From the NCBI GenBank assembly GCA_963796455.1, contig CAWCLO010000010.1, forward strand, positions 192,001-256,000: DNA of 64,000 nt, given 5' to 3'. The notes under the pieces are model-generated. The model saw only the letters and a program-made list of their open reading frames with translations. It did no database searches and was not told where the DNA came from. The stretch comes from Candidatus Sulfomarinibacteraceae bacterium. Its GTDB lineage: Bacteria > Acidobacteriota > Thermoanaerobaculia > Thermoanaerobaculales > Sulfomarinibacteraceae. The position numbers and the translations under genes are program-made. Shown piece after piece: positions 29,882-39,207 of this stretch. Numbering within the stretch: the first letter of the stretch is position 1; each line of letters opens with the position of its first letter.

Positions 29882-30739
29882 ATGCCCACCGATCTTCACC
29901 GCATCCAACTCGACACCTCATGGGGACCCCTTCACCTGGTCGGTGGTTCGCGCGCCGGGGACGGCACCCTGATCCTCCTGCCTCAACTTCACCTCGCGCT
30001 CGATGCCGGACGGGCTCACCGGGCGCTGCCATCGATGACGACGGTCTGCATCAGCCACGGTCACATGGATCATCTCGGCGGCATCGGCTACTGGGCAAGT
30101 CAGCGCCAGCTCCAGAATATGGGACATGCCGCCGTCCTCGCACCGGGAGCGATCGCTCCGGACATCGAACAACTCCTCGCGACCCACGCCAGGCTCGAAG
30201 GCGGGACGGGTTATGACATTGAGGTCATTCCGGTTGCCGACGGCGGCGCTCAACGGTTGCGAAACGACATGGATCTGCACTTCTTCACCACCGACCACTG
30301 GGTCCCAACTCTGGGATCACGCTTGTCGTGGCGCCGCCGTTGTCTGCTGCCGGAGTTTGCCGGTCTCACCGGGGAAGAGATCGCTACGAGGAGACGGTCC
30401 GGTCGGCGGGTCACCGAAGATATCGAAACCAATCTCCTCGCCTATTGCGCCGATTCGGGGCCGCGCATATTTGCCGGCGGGGCGGAAATCCTGTCGTCCG
30501 AGATCGTTCTCATCGAATGTTCGTTTTTTCGCCCCGGCGACCGCGACCGGGCGAAACGATTCGGCCACATGCACATCGAGGATCTGCTCGCCGCCATCGA
30601 GTTGTTCCATTGTCGTCATCTTGTGCTGCTGCACGCCTCGCGCCGCCACCGCCTGCGCGAGGTGGAAACCGTGATCAACGAACGTTTGCGGCCGGAATTC
30701 GACTGCCAGCTCCACCATCTGATGGTCGACTGGGACTGA
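29882..30739 (+). CDS. MBL-fold hydrolase, RNase Z-like
   Basis: LDAG, SHGHMDH, HWVPTLG, ECSF, GHMH, LLHAS. Confidence 0.75.
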   Translation: MPTDLHRIQLDTSWGPLHLVGGSRAGDGTLILLPQLHLALDAGRAHRALPSMTTVCISHGHMDHLGGIGYWASQRQLQNMGHAAVLAPGAIAPDIEQLLATHARLEGGTGYDIEVIPVADGGAQRLRNDMDLHFFTTDHWVPTLGSRLSWRRRCLLPEFAGLTGEEIATRRRSGRRVTEDIETNLLAYCADSGPRIFAGGAEILSSEIVLIECSFFRPGDRDRAKRFGHMHIEDLLAAIELFHCRHLVLLHASRRHRLREVETVINERLRPEFDCQLHHLMVDWD

Positions 30740-31106
30740 GAAGGGGAAAGGGAGAAAGGGCGCAGGGGAGAAGGGGAGAGGCTCGTTCTGAGCTTTCACC
30801 AACCACCAGCTCTCGATAACAAAGCCGACCACAACTCTCTCAAAACCAGATCGCAGGAAACGGAGAGAGACACGGGTCAAATTATCCGTTATCTGCGTTC
30901 ATCTGCGTGATCTGCGGTTTCTCCGATGGCTGTGCACTCCAGCAACCGATGGTCGACCGGGACGAAAGAGAGTTCGGATTTCGGATTTCGGAATTGTCGG
31001 GCACTTTTCCAGAAAGAGAGGAGGTTGCGGAGAGGTGAGTGGTCTCCCTTTCTCCCTTTCTCCCCTGCTCCCTTTCTCCCTCTCCCTCTCCCTTTCTCCC
31101 TTTCCC
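30738..31106. repeat. Composite intergenic repeat with inverted polypurine/polypyrimidine arms
   Basis: GGGAGAAA-type units at 30738..30781, TTTCTCCC units at 31043..31106, internal ATCTGCGT decamers and TTCGGAT heptamers. Confidence 0.75.
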
Positions 31107-31110
31107 GAGA

Positions 31111-32397
31111 TTACTCTCCAAAATCTCCGGCAGCGGTCAGTACCAACTGGTCGGGGTGCAGGTGCTCTTTGATTGCCGCCATGACCTCGTCACGGCTGAC
31201 CTCGAGCAACTGTTCGGGAAAACGATCGAGCCTTTCCACACCTTCGGATGAGGTCAACGCGGTCACGAGCTCACGTGCGACCCCCGAATTCGTGGCCAGC
31301 CCGACTCGATAGGCCCCCGAGAGAGCGGTGCGCTCATCCTCGAGCTCCGGCTCCGAGGGGCCATTTTTGACGTAATCCGATATGACGTCCCGGCTCGCCG
31401 AAACGGCCTTGTCGAGGTTTTCGGCGGAAACTCCCAGGGAGGTGGCCCACAACCCGGGCACGTGGAGCGTGCCAAAAAAACGGCTATAGATGCCGTAGGT
31501 GAGCCCCTGGCGATCACGAACCTCCACGCCCAGTCTCGAGGTCAGCGTCGATTGACCGAGGCACGAGTTGGCGAGAATCGCGGCAGCATAGCCGTCTGCA
31601 CCGCGGAGCAAGTGACCACGGTGGCCGAGAAAGACGTCGAGGTTGGGGCGATCCTTGATCTGAATCCGTTGCTCGGAGGGAGGAGGAGGATCCCCACCCG
31701 GCAATTCGAGCTCCGGCTCATTGCCGCCCCCCCAACCTTCCATTGACTCGGCAAACACCGAAGTAACGAAGGAGGCGTCCACATCGCCGACCACCGCCAT
31801 CACCACGGTTGCCGGACCATATATTGAATGGTGAAAGGAGCTGAGATCCTCACTCGAAAGTGATGCCACCTCCTGCTCACGGACCTCGATCGTCCGGCGC
31901 TGAAGCGGGTGCCCATTTGGATAGAGTCTCCGGCTGAGGGCAGCGTAGGCGCGGGCATGGGTTTCCTGGCGCTCCCTCACCAGTGACCCGAGCACCTGCT
32001 CGCGGAGTTTCTCGAACTCCGCGGGCGGGAAGGTCGGCCGCCGCAGGATTTCAAACAGGAACTCGGCCATCCGCGGCAGTTCTTCCGCCAGACCCTGGGC
32101 AGAAAACGAGACGATGGTGGGCGTCGAGGATGAGGCTCGAACCATGATTTGCAGCCCGCGGTCCTCGAGTTCGCGGGCGAGCTCGAGGCGATCGTAGTTT
32201 CCGGTTCCACGATCGAGCATTGCGGCGGTGATTCCCGGAATAGAAAAACGATCCTCCGGCGCAAAAGCCGGACCGGCGCGGAGGGTGCCGGCAATGGTCA
32301 CGGTTGGCGCATGCGGATTTGCCAACACCGCCAGACTCGCACCGTTTGCATAACTGTGCACGCTGACGCGGTCAGCAAATGCCTTTCTACTCTTCAT
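31111..32397 (-). CDS. M16 peptidase, non-catalytic subunit
   Basis: MLDRGT in place of HxxEH; SRLGVEVRDRQGLTY. Confidence 0.88.
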   Translation of the reverse strand: MKSRKAFADRVSVHSYANGASLAVLANPHAPTVTIAGTLRAGPAFAPEDRFSIPGITAAMLDRGTGNYDRLELARELEDRGLQIMVRASSSTPTIVSFSAQGLAEELPRMAEFLFEILRRPTFPPAEFEKLREQVLGSLVRERQETHARAYAALSRRLYPNGHPLQRRTIEVREQEVASLSSEDLSSFHHSIYGPATVVMAVVGDVDASFVTSVFAESMEGWGGGNEPELELPGGDPPPPSEQRIQIKDRPNLDVFLGHRGHLLRGADGYAAAILANSCLGQSTLTSRLGVEVRDRQGLTYGIYSRFFGTLHVPGLWATSLGVSAENLDKAVSASRDVISDYVKNGPSEPELEDERTALSGAYRVGLATNSGVARELVTALTSSEGVERLDRFPEQLLEVSRDEVMAAIKEHLHPDQLVLTAAGDFGE

Positions 32398-33691
32398 GGT
32401 TTACCACCGCATTTCCCTCGGGCACAAATCGACCGACGGTGAGGTTGTTGTCGCGCAGGTAGGTCTCGGCCACTCGCAGCAGATCGGCGGCCGAAACCGC
32501 CTTGATCAGATCGAGGTCGCGGACAAAGCGGCGCCAGTCTCCCATCGCAACCGCCTCGGTGAGACCGGTCATGATCTGGCCCGGAGACTCACGGTGAAAG
32601 GCGAGATCGGTACGAGTCTGCGCCAGCGCCCTGGAAACCTCCTCGTCGGTGGGCGGAGCAAGAGACAAGGCCGCGACCTGGGATCGGATGACACTTTCGA
32701 CCTCGCCCGGATCGACTCCGGGCGCCACCGTTGCAAAGATCTGGAAAACTCCCGGGTCGTGAAGCTCCATCGCGAATGCGTGAACACCGAGACACATATT
32801 TGTTTCCACCAGCCGTTGATGGAGCCTCGAGGTCACCCCGTCGCCGAGAATCTGGGTCAGGACCGAAAGCGGTGCCATATCGGGATGCAGACCCTCGGCG
32901 ATGTGCCACGTCAACGCGAGAGAAGCGAGTTCGCCGGCGCGGTGTATTTCAAAGCGCCGTTCGCCGCGTTGTTCGCTTTCCCTGATATCGAGGACCGGGC
33001 GTTCGACTTCACCCGGTGGAATCGAACCAAAGGCCGACTCCACCTGATCGAGGGCCTCGTCTTCGTCGATATCGCCAACGATGATCACGCTGGCATTGTC
33101 GGGATGGTAGAAAGTGTCGTAGAAACCGCGGAGCGTCTGCCCGCTCATGGTCTCCACATCTCCTTTCCAGCCGATGGTCGGGTGGCGGTAGGGGTGTTCG
33201 AGATAGGCCATGGCAAAAGAGGACTTCATCAACAAGTCGAAGGGGTCATTTTCTCCCGAATCAAGCTCGTTGAGGACCACGTTGCGCTCGCTCTCGAGAT
33301 CCGAGTCGCGCACCAGGGAACCCCGCATACGATCGGATTCGATCTCCACTCCAAGCCCCAGGTGTTCGCGCGGCAGCACTTCATAATAATTCGTTCGATC
33401 GAGCCAGGTTGTGGCGTTGAAGCCCGCACCGACCCGATGCAGTTGCCGCGCGATCTCGGTGCCGAGGTCGCGGTTGAACTTTTTTGTGCCCTTGAACATC
33501 AGATGTTCGAGGATATGGGTCGCCCCGGTGTGGCCGGTCTTTTCATTTCGTGAACCGACCCGATAGACGATCCCGAAACCCACCACCGGAGCGACCGGTG
33601 TCGGCATGGTCAAAACTCGAAGACCATTGCCACGATGGCGCCATTCGCCGACTCCGGTTTCACGCTCGACCAGTTCAAACTGAGTTGCCAT
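32387..33691 (-). CDS. M16 zinc peptidase, catalytic subunit
   Basis: VGSRNE...GATHILEHLMFKGT, NATT.LDRTNY, ERNVVLNE. Confidence 0.92.
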   Translation of the reverse strand: MATQFELVERETGVGEWRHRGNGLRVLTMPTPVAPVVGFGIVYRVGSRNEKTGHTGATHILEHLMFKGTKKFNRDLGTEIARQLHRVGAGFNATTWLDRTNYYEVLPREHLGLGVEIESDRMRGSLVRDSDLESERNVVLNELDSGENDPFDLLMKSSFAMAYLEHPYRHPTIGWKGDVETMSGQTLRGFYDTFYHPDNASVIIVGDIDEDEALDQVESAFGSIPPGEVERPVLDIRESEQRGERRFEIHRAGELASLALTWHIAEGLHPDMAPLSVLTQILGDGVTSRLHQRLVETNMCLGVHAFAMELHDPGVFQIFATVAPGVDPGEVESVIRSQVAALSLAPPTDEEVSRALAQTRTDLAFHRESPGQIMTGLTEAVAMGDWRRFVRDLDLIKAVSAADLLRVAETYLRDNNLTVGRFVPEGNAVVNHEE

Positions 33692-33744
33692 CTCACCCCC
33701 GAAGGACAGAGTACCGCAACGCAGAGCGAGGGAGCAGAAGTTCC

Positions 33745-33842
33745 GGAAAAGGGGGCTGGTGAGAATGGGGGCTGGGCAGCCGGGAGGACCGAAGGAGGCT
33801 CTTCTCCCTTCTCTCCCTTTCTCCCTTTCTCCCTTTCTCTCA
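33745..33842. repeat. Purine/pyrimidine repeat patch with TTTCTCCC tandem units
   Basis: TCTCCCTTTCTCCCTTTCTCCCTTTCTC preceded by a GA-rich arm. Confidence 0.65.
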
Positions 33843-33871
33843 GATTGTCATCGACTGAGTTGGGGTGGGGG

Positions 33872-34339
33872 TCATTCCATGGGGGTTGGTGTCGGTGCTC
33901 CCGGGCGGTAGCTCGACGCAAGCTGCAGGGTCACCCGATCCACCCGATCCACCGGGACCGGCGGTCTCTGGGCTCTGGCGATTCGCATGGTCTCACCCTG
34001 GTGCGCATCGACCCGGCCCGCGATCAGCAGTATCTGATCCACTCCGAGCGATTGGTACGCGACCTCCAATTGCACGTCCCCGTGACAGCCCTCAGGCTCG
34101 GCACAGGTCAACAGACAGGCCCAATCGATGTAATCGGGGTGGACGGTGCCGCGGATGCCGATCAGATCGACCGCGAGATCCGGAGAATCGACGGCGACCC
34201 GGTCAACCTCGAAATCCGACGGCTCCGAATTGAATTCCACCGGCGCCGGACCGCAACCGCGAAACGCCAGAACCAGCGCCACGGCGACGATGACCGCAGC
34301 GGCAAAAACCAGCCACAGAACGCGGCCGGTCAGCACCAC
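33872..34339 (-). CDS. Membrane-anchored hypothetical protein, paralog of 44329..44793
   Basis: N-terminal TM; SPDLAVDL...W.C...C.E..GCH.DV.LE shared with the paralog. Confidence 0.8.
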   Translation of the reverse strand: MVLTGRVLWLVFAAAVIVAVALVLAFRGCGPAPVEFNSEPSDFEVDRVAVDSPDLAVDLIGIRGTVHPDYIDWACLLTCAEPEGCHGDVQLEVAYQSLGVDQILLIAGRVDAHQGETMRIARAQRPPVPVDRVDRVTLQLASSYRPGAPTPTPME

Positions 34340-35187
34340 TATTCGATTGGCGTCGGCCGCGCCACAACCTCGGCCCCGCTGACGCCACCGTGTTCGAGCG
34401 GCAAGTTGCTCGGGTGCGGCACGCCACCCGCCTTGGTGTAGTCGGGCTCGCGGCGCGTCTGTTCCTGCATCCAGATGACGCTGGCGCGGACATCAGGTTG
34501 TGTCTTGTTGGTCGGGATCTCGGCTGAGAAGGAGTGCGAGAAGAGCCCCTTTTCGTTGGGCTGCAGCACGCTCGCCACTGAAACCTCGCCCGTCCACGGC
34601 TCAGCGCCGGAGGTGGAGGCTTGAAGTTGTACGCGGACGTTTGTGACAGGATCGGGAAGTCGATTGATGATCTCCCCTTCCACGTTCCAGCTGCCCTCGC
34701 CGGCCGCAGAAACCCGCATATTGTTGAGGACGACGCCGCCCCCTTGCTGGAAACCGTCGGGGACCCCACCGGCTGCGGCCGAACCATCGCCCTCTTCACC
34801 TTCACCGACACCGCTGCCCCGAACATGGCGGACATCGCGGTCGGTGATGGTGAGCTTGCCGGTCTCCTCACCGCCCACATCGGCGGCGTTCTTCAGAGAT
34901 CGACCACCGGTCAGGGAGTCGCCACTCTCCGGCGCCGGTGCCTGAGGGTTGGCTGCAGCAGCATCTGCTGCCGCGGTTGCTTCTGCTGCACGAAGAGCAT
35001 CGAGGTCGACATCGGCTGAGTCATATGCAACCTGTGAGCCGTTCGGCATGGTGATCATGATGTAGGACCCGGTCAGCCGATAGCTCTCGGCGGTGATAAC
35101 CGATCCGTCGCGCATCGGCACGTCTACGGCAGCAACCACACCGGTGATCAAAAACGCTGCACACACGCACAAAATGATTTGCTTCAT
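34339..35187 (-). CDS. Secreted protein with FxLYD-like Ig domain, paralog of 44796..45614
   Basis: Signal peptide, ITDRDVRHVRGSG, GEIINR...V.V.L...LQPNEK..F. Confidence 0.8.
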   Translation of the reverse strand: MKQIILCVCAAFLITGVVAAVDVPMRDGSVITAESYRLTGSYIMITMPNGSQVAYDSADVDLDALRAAEATAAADAAAANPQAPAPESGDSLTGGRSLKNAADVGGEETGKLTITDRDVRHVRGSGVGEGEEGDGSAAAGGVPDGFQQGGGVVLNNMRVSAAGEGSWNVEGEIINRLPDPVTNVRVQLQASTSGAEPWTGEVSVASVLQPNEKGLFSHSFSAEIPTNKTQPDVRASVIWMQEQTRREPDYTKAGGVPHPSNLPLEHGGVSGAEVVARPTPIE

Positions 35188-35190
35188 TCC

Positions 35191-38100
35191 TCAGTCCTGT
35201 CGCCAGTTGGTGACGATATGCCCCGCCACATTCGGGAACTCCTCGGTTTCTCCGGGAGTGACGTGGCTGTCGGTGAATGACACATAGGTCGTTCCATCGA
35301 TATTGTATTCCTCACTCCCAGTATAGAAGTCATTGCTCTCGGTGTAATCACCGAGACCACACTGGAACCACAGTTTATAGGTTCGGCCGAGCCCGGATGC
35401 CTTACAGATTAGCGGATCGCCGGAACCGCCGGGGTCCGGGGTCGGGGTGGGGCTGGGACCGGATCCTCCACACTGGTCGGGCACATTGTGGCTCGCCGTT
35501 GCTCCTTCGGTCGGATCAAAGGTGGGGAAGAGGACGTATCCATTGACGACATTGGCGCGGTACATCACCTTTTCGTTGGGTCGCAGGCTGAGATACCAAC
35601 CGTAAAACCCGTCGTTGGGTCGGAGGGCGCTGTCGGTGCAATCGTAGGACCCATCGAGTTGGTCGTAACTCTCTCCCACGAGATCACCTGCATCACGCAG
35701 GACGTCATCGCCGACGTCGAGCAGGAAGAAGAAATGATCCACGTTGCCGACTTCGGTATCGAGATCGGCGCGGTCACCGGAGCCGAGGGCCAGGCCCCAG
35801 GTGTAGTCGGAACCATCAAAGATCGCCGGGACCGTGATGGGACGGAAAAAGAACTCCTGACGATGGGGGAAATCGAGTTTGAAATCAAAAATTGGGGTCA
35901 GCGTACCGGCGTCACCACCGGTGGCCAGCGGATCTTTGGGCCCCGGGAAACTGAGCCGGTGGACTCCACCATTCGAATCTGCAAAGTAGATTCGATCGTG
36001 GAAACCATCGATGTCGGAATCCAGCGCTGTCGGGCCCGCCGGAACCGCGTAACCGATGTTGGCGGTATAGACGACGGCACCGGTTTCGATATCGACGCCG
36101 TAGATGTGCCGCCCCGTAAGATCGTTCTGTGTCTCGTCGTAACCACCGCCAAAGAAGGCGATGAAGACGTCGTCGGGTTCTTCGGGCGTCGCCCCGTTGT
36201 ACACGGCGATCCGTGCGATGGCAGGTCGGGACCAGGTCCACCCGAGATCCCAGAACTGCGGGCAATCGGCCACAGGGGTACCGATCGGACACTGGGAATC
36301 CCGGTCCGTTTCGTCTTTGAATTCCCAGAGAACCTTCGGATATTCGCTGTCACAACCGGCAGTGCTGCCGTTCAGACAACCGGGGAAAACGGGCGAACCG
36401 GAAGAGATCGACGGAATGTAGGCCGGCGCCGAGCCCAGGGGATCGGGCTGAGTCACATCCAAAGCGGTCATCCCGCGACCGCCCCGACGCATGGTCGCGA
36501 TGGCGATGGTCCGCCACTCACGATCGCCGTCACCATCGTGGTCGATGTAGACATCACTTGATTCGATGAACCCATCCACCATGTATCTCGGTTCCTCTTG
36601 ATAGGTCAGGGCCTTGAGCCGGTACATGACCGCGTCGGGAACAAATGCAAAGAGTTCACTGCCATCGCCGAGATCGTGTGCGAGGTCGTAGGTTTCGTCC
36701 GAGGTCACCCGGTCGCGATCCCAGATGCCGGCATCAAAGGCGTGCAGCATCCCGTCATTGGCTCCGGCAAAGACCACTCTGCGACGCTTGGCGTGCTTGT
36801 CCATGAACAATGGGTAGTCATGGGCCCCGACCTCGGTCGAGCCGCCGTAACCATAGTCAAAGAAGAACATCGAACGATTGGGCGGATTCACCACCACCGG
36901 TTGTGAGTGGTAGATGTCGCCCAGAACCGATGTGCCGACCGGGCGCGGATTGGGCCGCGGGTTCGGCGTCACGGCCGTATCATCGTCCATCCAGATATCG
37001 CGGACAAAATTCACAACCTCCTGGACCTCGAGGCTGCCCTCGGTCCCGGTGAATTTCAACCGCGCCAACAGATCGGTCTGCAGATCCGTACTGGTTGCGA
37101 CATCGGCAAGATTGTAGCGTTCGAGATCGCCGGAGTAATCGCTGGCCATGAAAACGTAGCGCTTGGGATTGCCTTCGGTATGGGCCGCAATCTGTGCCTC
37201 GAGGCGCTGGTTGGAGTTCCAGGCGTTGCCGCTCACCTGCTCGATGATGATCTGACTGACATCGATCTCGCAGTCGGGTGTGCTCGGCAGAGTCGGCTGG
37301 CTGGCGTCGAACTTGAAGCCATAGAGGTTGCCTCGCCACAGCGAGTTGCTTGGCTGCGGTTGGAAGAAGGGATAAACCGAAAGAAAGTGCTGTTGTTCGG
37401 CCGGAGCGCCTTCCTGCGGTGGCGGCGGCGATACCTTGAACGGGATGAAAGACCGGTTGTCCGTCTGCAGCGAGTTGATGACTTCGTGCAGGGCAGTCGC
37501 GAGTTCGGAGGCGTTCCGCGCCCCAAAATACTGCCCGCCCGTGGTATCCGAGATACAGGTCAACTGCGGCGGCGCATCGGCCACCGTCTCCGAGAAACCG
37601 ATGGTAAAGACCTGCATCGGCTCGATACCATTTTCCGGAGCCGCGAACTTCGACGCCGACTGTCCTGGATCGCACGAGAACTCACCAGGCCCGGCGCAAC
37701 TTTCCGCACCGTCGGTGATCAATACGACGTACCACTTCCGACAGTCGACAAGGGGATCGTCGGCCCAGTCTCCGTTGGTCACCTGCTCGATATACCAATC
37801 GTATGCGTCGAGCAAGGAGTTGTTGATGGGCGTCGCGCCGTCGGCGACCATCGGAACCGGATTATAGGTCGGGGACGCGGGGTCGTTGTCGAAGTCGTCC
37901 TGCCACGAGAAACCGCCGGCTCCGTCGCTGAGATAGTCGACCGCCGAGGACATGGGCTCGAGGAAGGAGCGGATCGAGGCAAAGTCCGTGCCGTCGCCCG
38001 GCACCGGCAGATCCGTCAGCAGATTCCAGCCGTTGCAGTAATTGGTTGTCGTCGTGTTGTTGGGTGACGTGACCGCGGGCGGCGAGGTGTTGACATCGAT

Positions 38101-39189
38101 CTTGCGCCCCGCCACCTGGCGACCGGCCGAGTAGTCCACCAACCCGCCTTCGTAGAGAAGTTTGAAGGGTATTTCCTCAGAATCCACTTCCGTCCAGGCG
38201 CTCCACGGGTCGCAGACCAGACCGCAAGTGTCTCCCCAGGCTCCGACTCTGAAGTTGTCGAAGAGGGTCGTATTTTGACCGGCCCCGGAAGTGCTGTAGC
38301 GCCCACCCTGATAAAAGCCGGCGGCGCCCGGGGTCAGAGGGGCCGCTGATTCCGTCCACTCCATGAGAGTGCACCAGCATCTCTCGGGATCGGTGCCTCC
38401 CTGGCTCGAACAACAACCAAAGAACTGCAGATCGATGCCCTGGTGTTGCAGACGTTGGATCTGCACCCGCAGGTTGCTGCAATACCACTCGAGACGCAGA
38501 CGGTAGGCGTGATACGGGATGAGATACTGGGTATAGGGGTCACTGGTCGGAAGACTGATGCTGCCGCTGCCGAGGACCGACCACGAACCTTCAGCAACAA
38601 AACGGAGCAGGACCCAGGACGCCCGGTATCCTGCAGCGGCTTGGACTGCGGTGGGGAAGTTTCTGACACCAAAGAGATAACCTTGGTCGGGATTGTTGTC
38701 GCCATCGGGGTCCTGCATGCCCCACACCAAGCCGGGTTTTCCGCCTTGGGAGATTCCGATATCGAGCTCCATTCGGATGTTCGTCCAATCGGCCGGAACA
38801 TAACCGGGATTCGTGGGCTGTGACTGCTTCGCGATGAGATATCCCCACCAGCCGCTCCTGACCAGGGTTTCCTCGATGCAACGGGAACCCCAGACTCCAC
38901 CGCCAACCTCGGGGGGAATGAGGGGGAGGGTCGTGCGGTACGTGAAGTCCATCGAACCACCGTTGACCAGCCACTCATCCCAGATCGCCCCGGTCCCATC
39001 GAGAGGATCGTCCGGTGGCCGCGGCGAGGTTGTGGTCTCGAAGTCGTCATAAAAAACCAGCGCCGGCGCCGCGGCGGGGAAGACCCCACCCCAGGCGACA
39101 GGAGCGCTTGCCATCACGAGCAGAACACCGCACAACAGTGCGCGGGCTCCGGATGGGAGCGTTGTTTCGGATCGCAGTTGACTATTCAT
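35191..39189 (-). CDS. pilY1: PilY1 chain B, module 2: lectin-like domain + C-terminal half of vWA + beta-propeller
   Basis: Signal peptide; VFYDDFE...FDNFRV ConA-like domain; GATPINNSL, VVLITDG, VFTIGF; LGDIYHSQP, GANDGMLHAFD, DSDIDGFHDR Ca site, terminal NWRQD. Confidence 0.88.
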   Translation of the reverse strand: MNSQLRSETTLPSGARALLCGVLLVMASAPVAWGGVFPAAAPALVFYDDFETTTSPRPPDDPLDGTGAIWDEWLVNGGSMDFTYRTTLPLIPPEVGGGVWGSRCIEETLVRSGWWGYLIAKQSQPTNPGYVPADWTNIRMELDIGISQGGKPGLVWGMQDPDGDNNPDQGYLFGVRNFPTAVQAAAGYRASWVLLRFVAEGSWSVLGSGSISLPTSDPYTQYLIPYHAYRLRLEWYCSNLRVQIQRLQHQGIDLQFFGCCSSQGGTDPERCWCTLMEWTESAAPLTPGAAGFYQGGRYSTSGAGQNTTLFDNFRVGAWGDTCGLVCDPWSAWTEVDSEEIPFKLLYEGGLVDYSAGRQVAGRKIDVNTSPPAVTSPNNTTTTNYCNGWNLLTDLPVPGDGTDFASIRSFLEPMSSAVDYLSDGAGGFSWQDDFDNDPASPTYNPVPMVADGATPINNSLLDAYDWYIEQVTNGDWADDPLVDCRKWYVVLITDGAESCAGPGEFSCDPGQSASKFAAPENGIEPMQVFTIGFSETVADAPPQLTCISDTTGGQYFGARNASELATALHEVINSLQTDNRSFIPFKVSPPPPQEGAPAEQQHFLSVYPFFQPQPSNSLWRGNLYGFKFDASQPTLPSTPDCEIDVSQIIIEQVSGNAWNSNQRLEAQIAAHTEGNPKRYVFMASDYSGDLERYNLADVATSTDLQTDLLARLKFTGTEGSLEVQEVVNFVRDIWMDDDTAVTPNPRPNPRPVGTSVLGDIYHSQPVVVNPPNRSMFFFDYGYGGSTEVGAHDYPLFMDKHAKRRRVVFAGANDGMLHAFDAGIWDRDRVTSDETYDLAHDLGDGSELFAFVPDAVMYRLKALTYQEEPRYMVDGFIESSDVYIDHDGDGDREWRTIAIATMRRGGRGMTALDVTQPDPLGSAPAYIPSISSGSPVFPGCLNGSTAGCDSEYPKVLWEFKDETDRDSQCPIGTPVADCPQFWDLGWTWSRPAIARIAVYNGATPEEPDDVFIAFFGGGYDETQNDLTGRHIYGVDIETGAVVYTANIGYAVPAGPTALDSDIDGFHDRIYFADSNGGVHRLSFPGPKDPLATGGDAGTLTPIFDFKLDFPHRQEFFFRPITVPAIFDGSDYTWGLALGSGDRADLDTEVGNVDHFFFLLDVGDDVLRDAGDLVGESYDQLDGSYDCTDSALRPNDGFYGWYLSLRPNEKVMYRANVVNGYVLFPTFDPTEGATASHNVPDQCGGSGPSPTPTPDPGGSGDPLICKASGLGRTYKLWFQCGLGDYTESNDFYTGSEEYNIDGTTYVSFTDSHVTPGETEEFPNVAGHIVTNWRQD

Positions 39190-39207
39190 GGCTGCCTCCT
39201 GCCCCCA

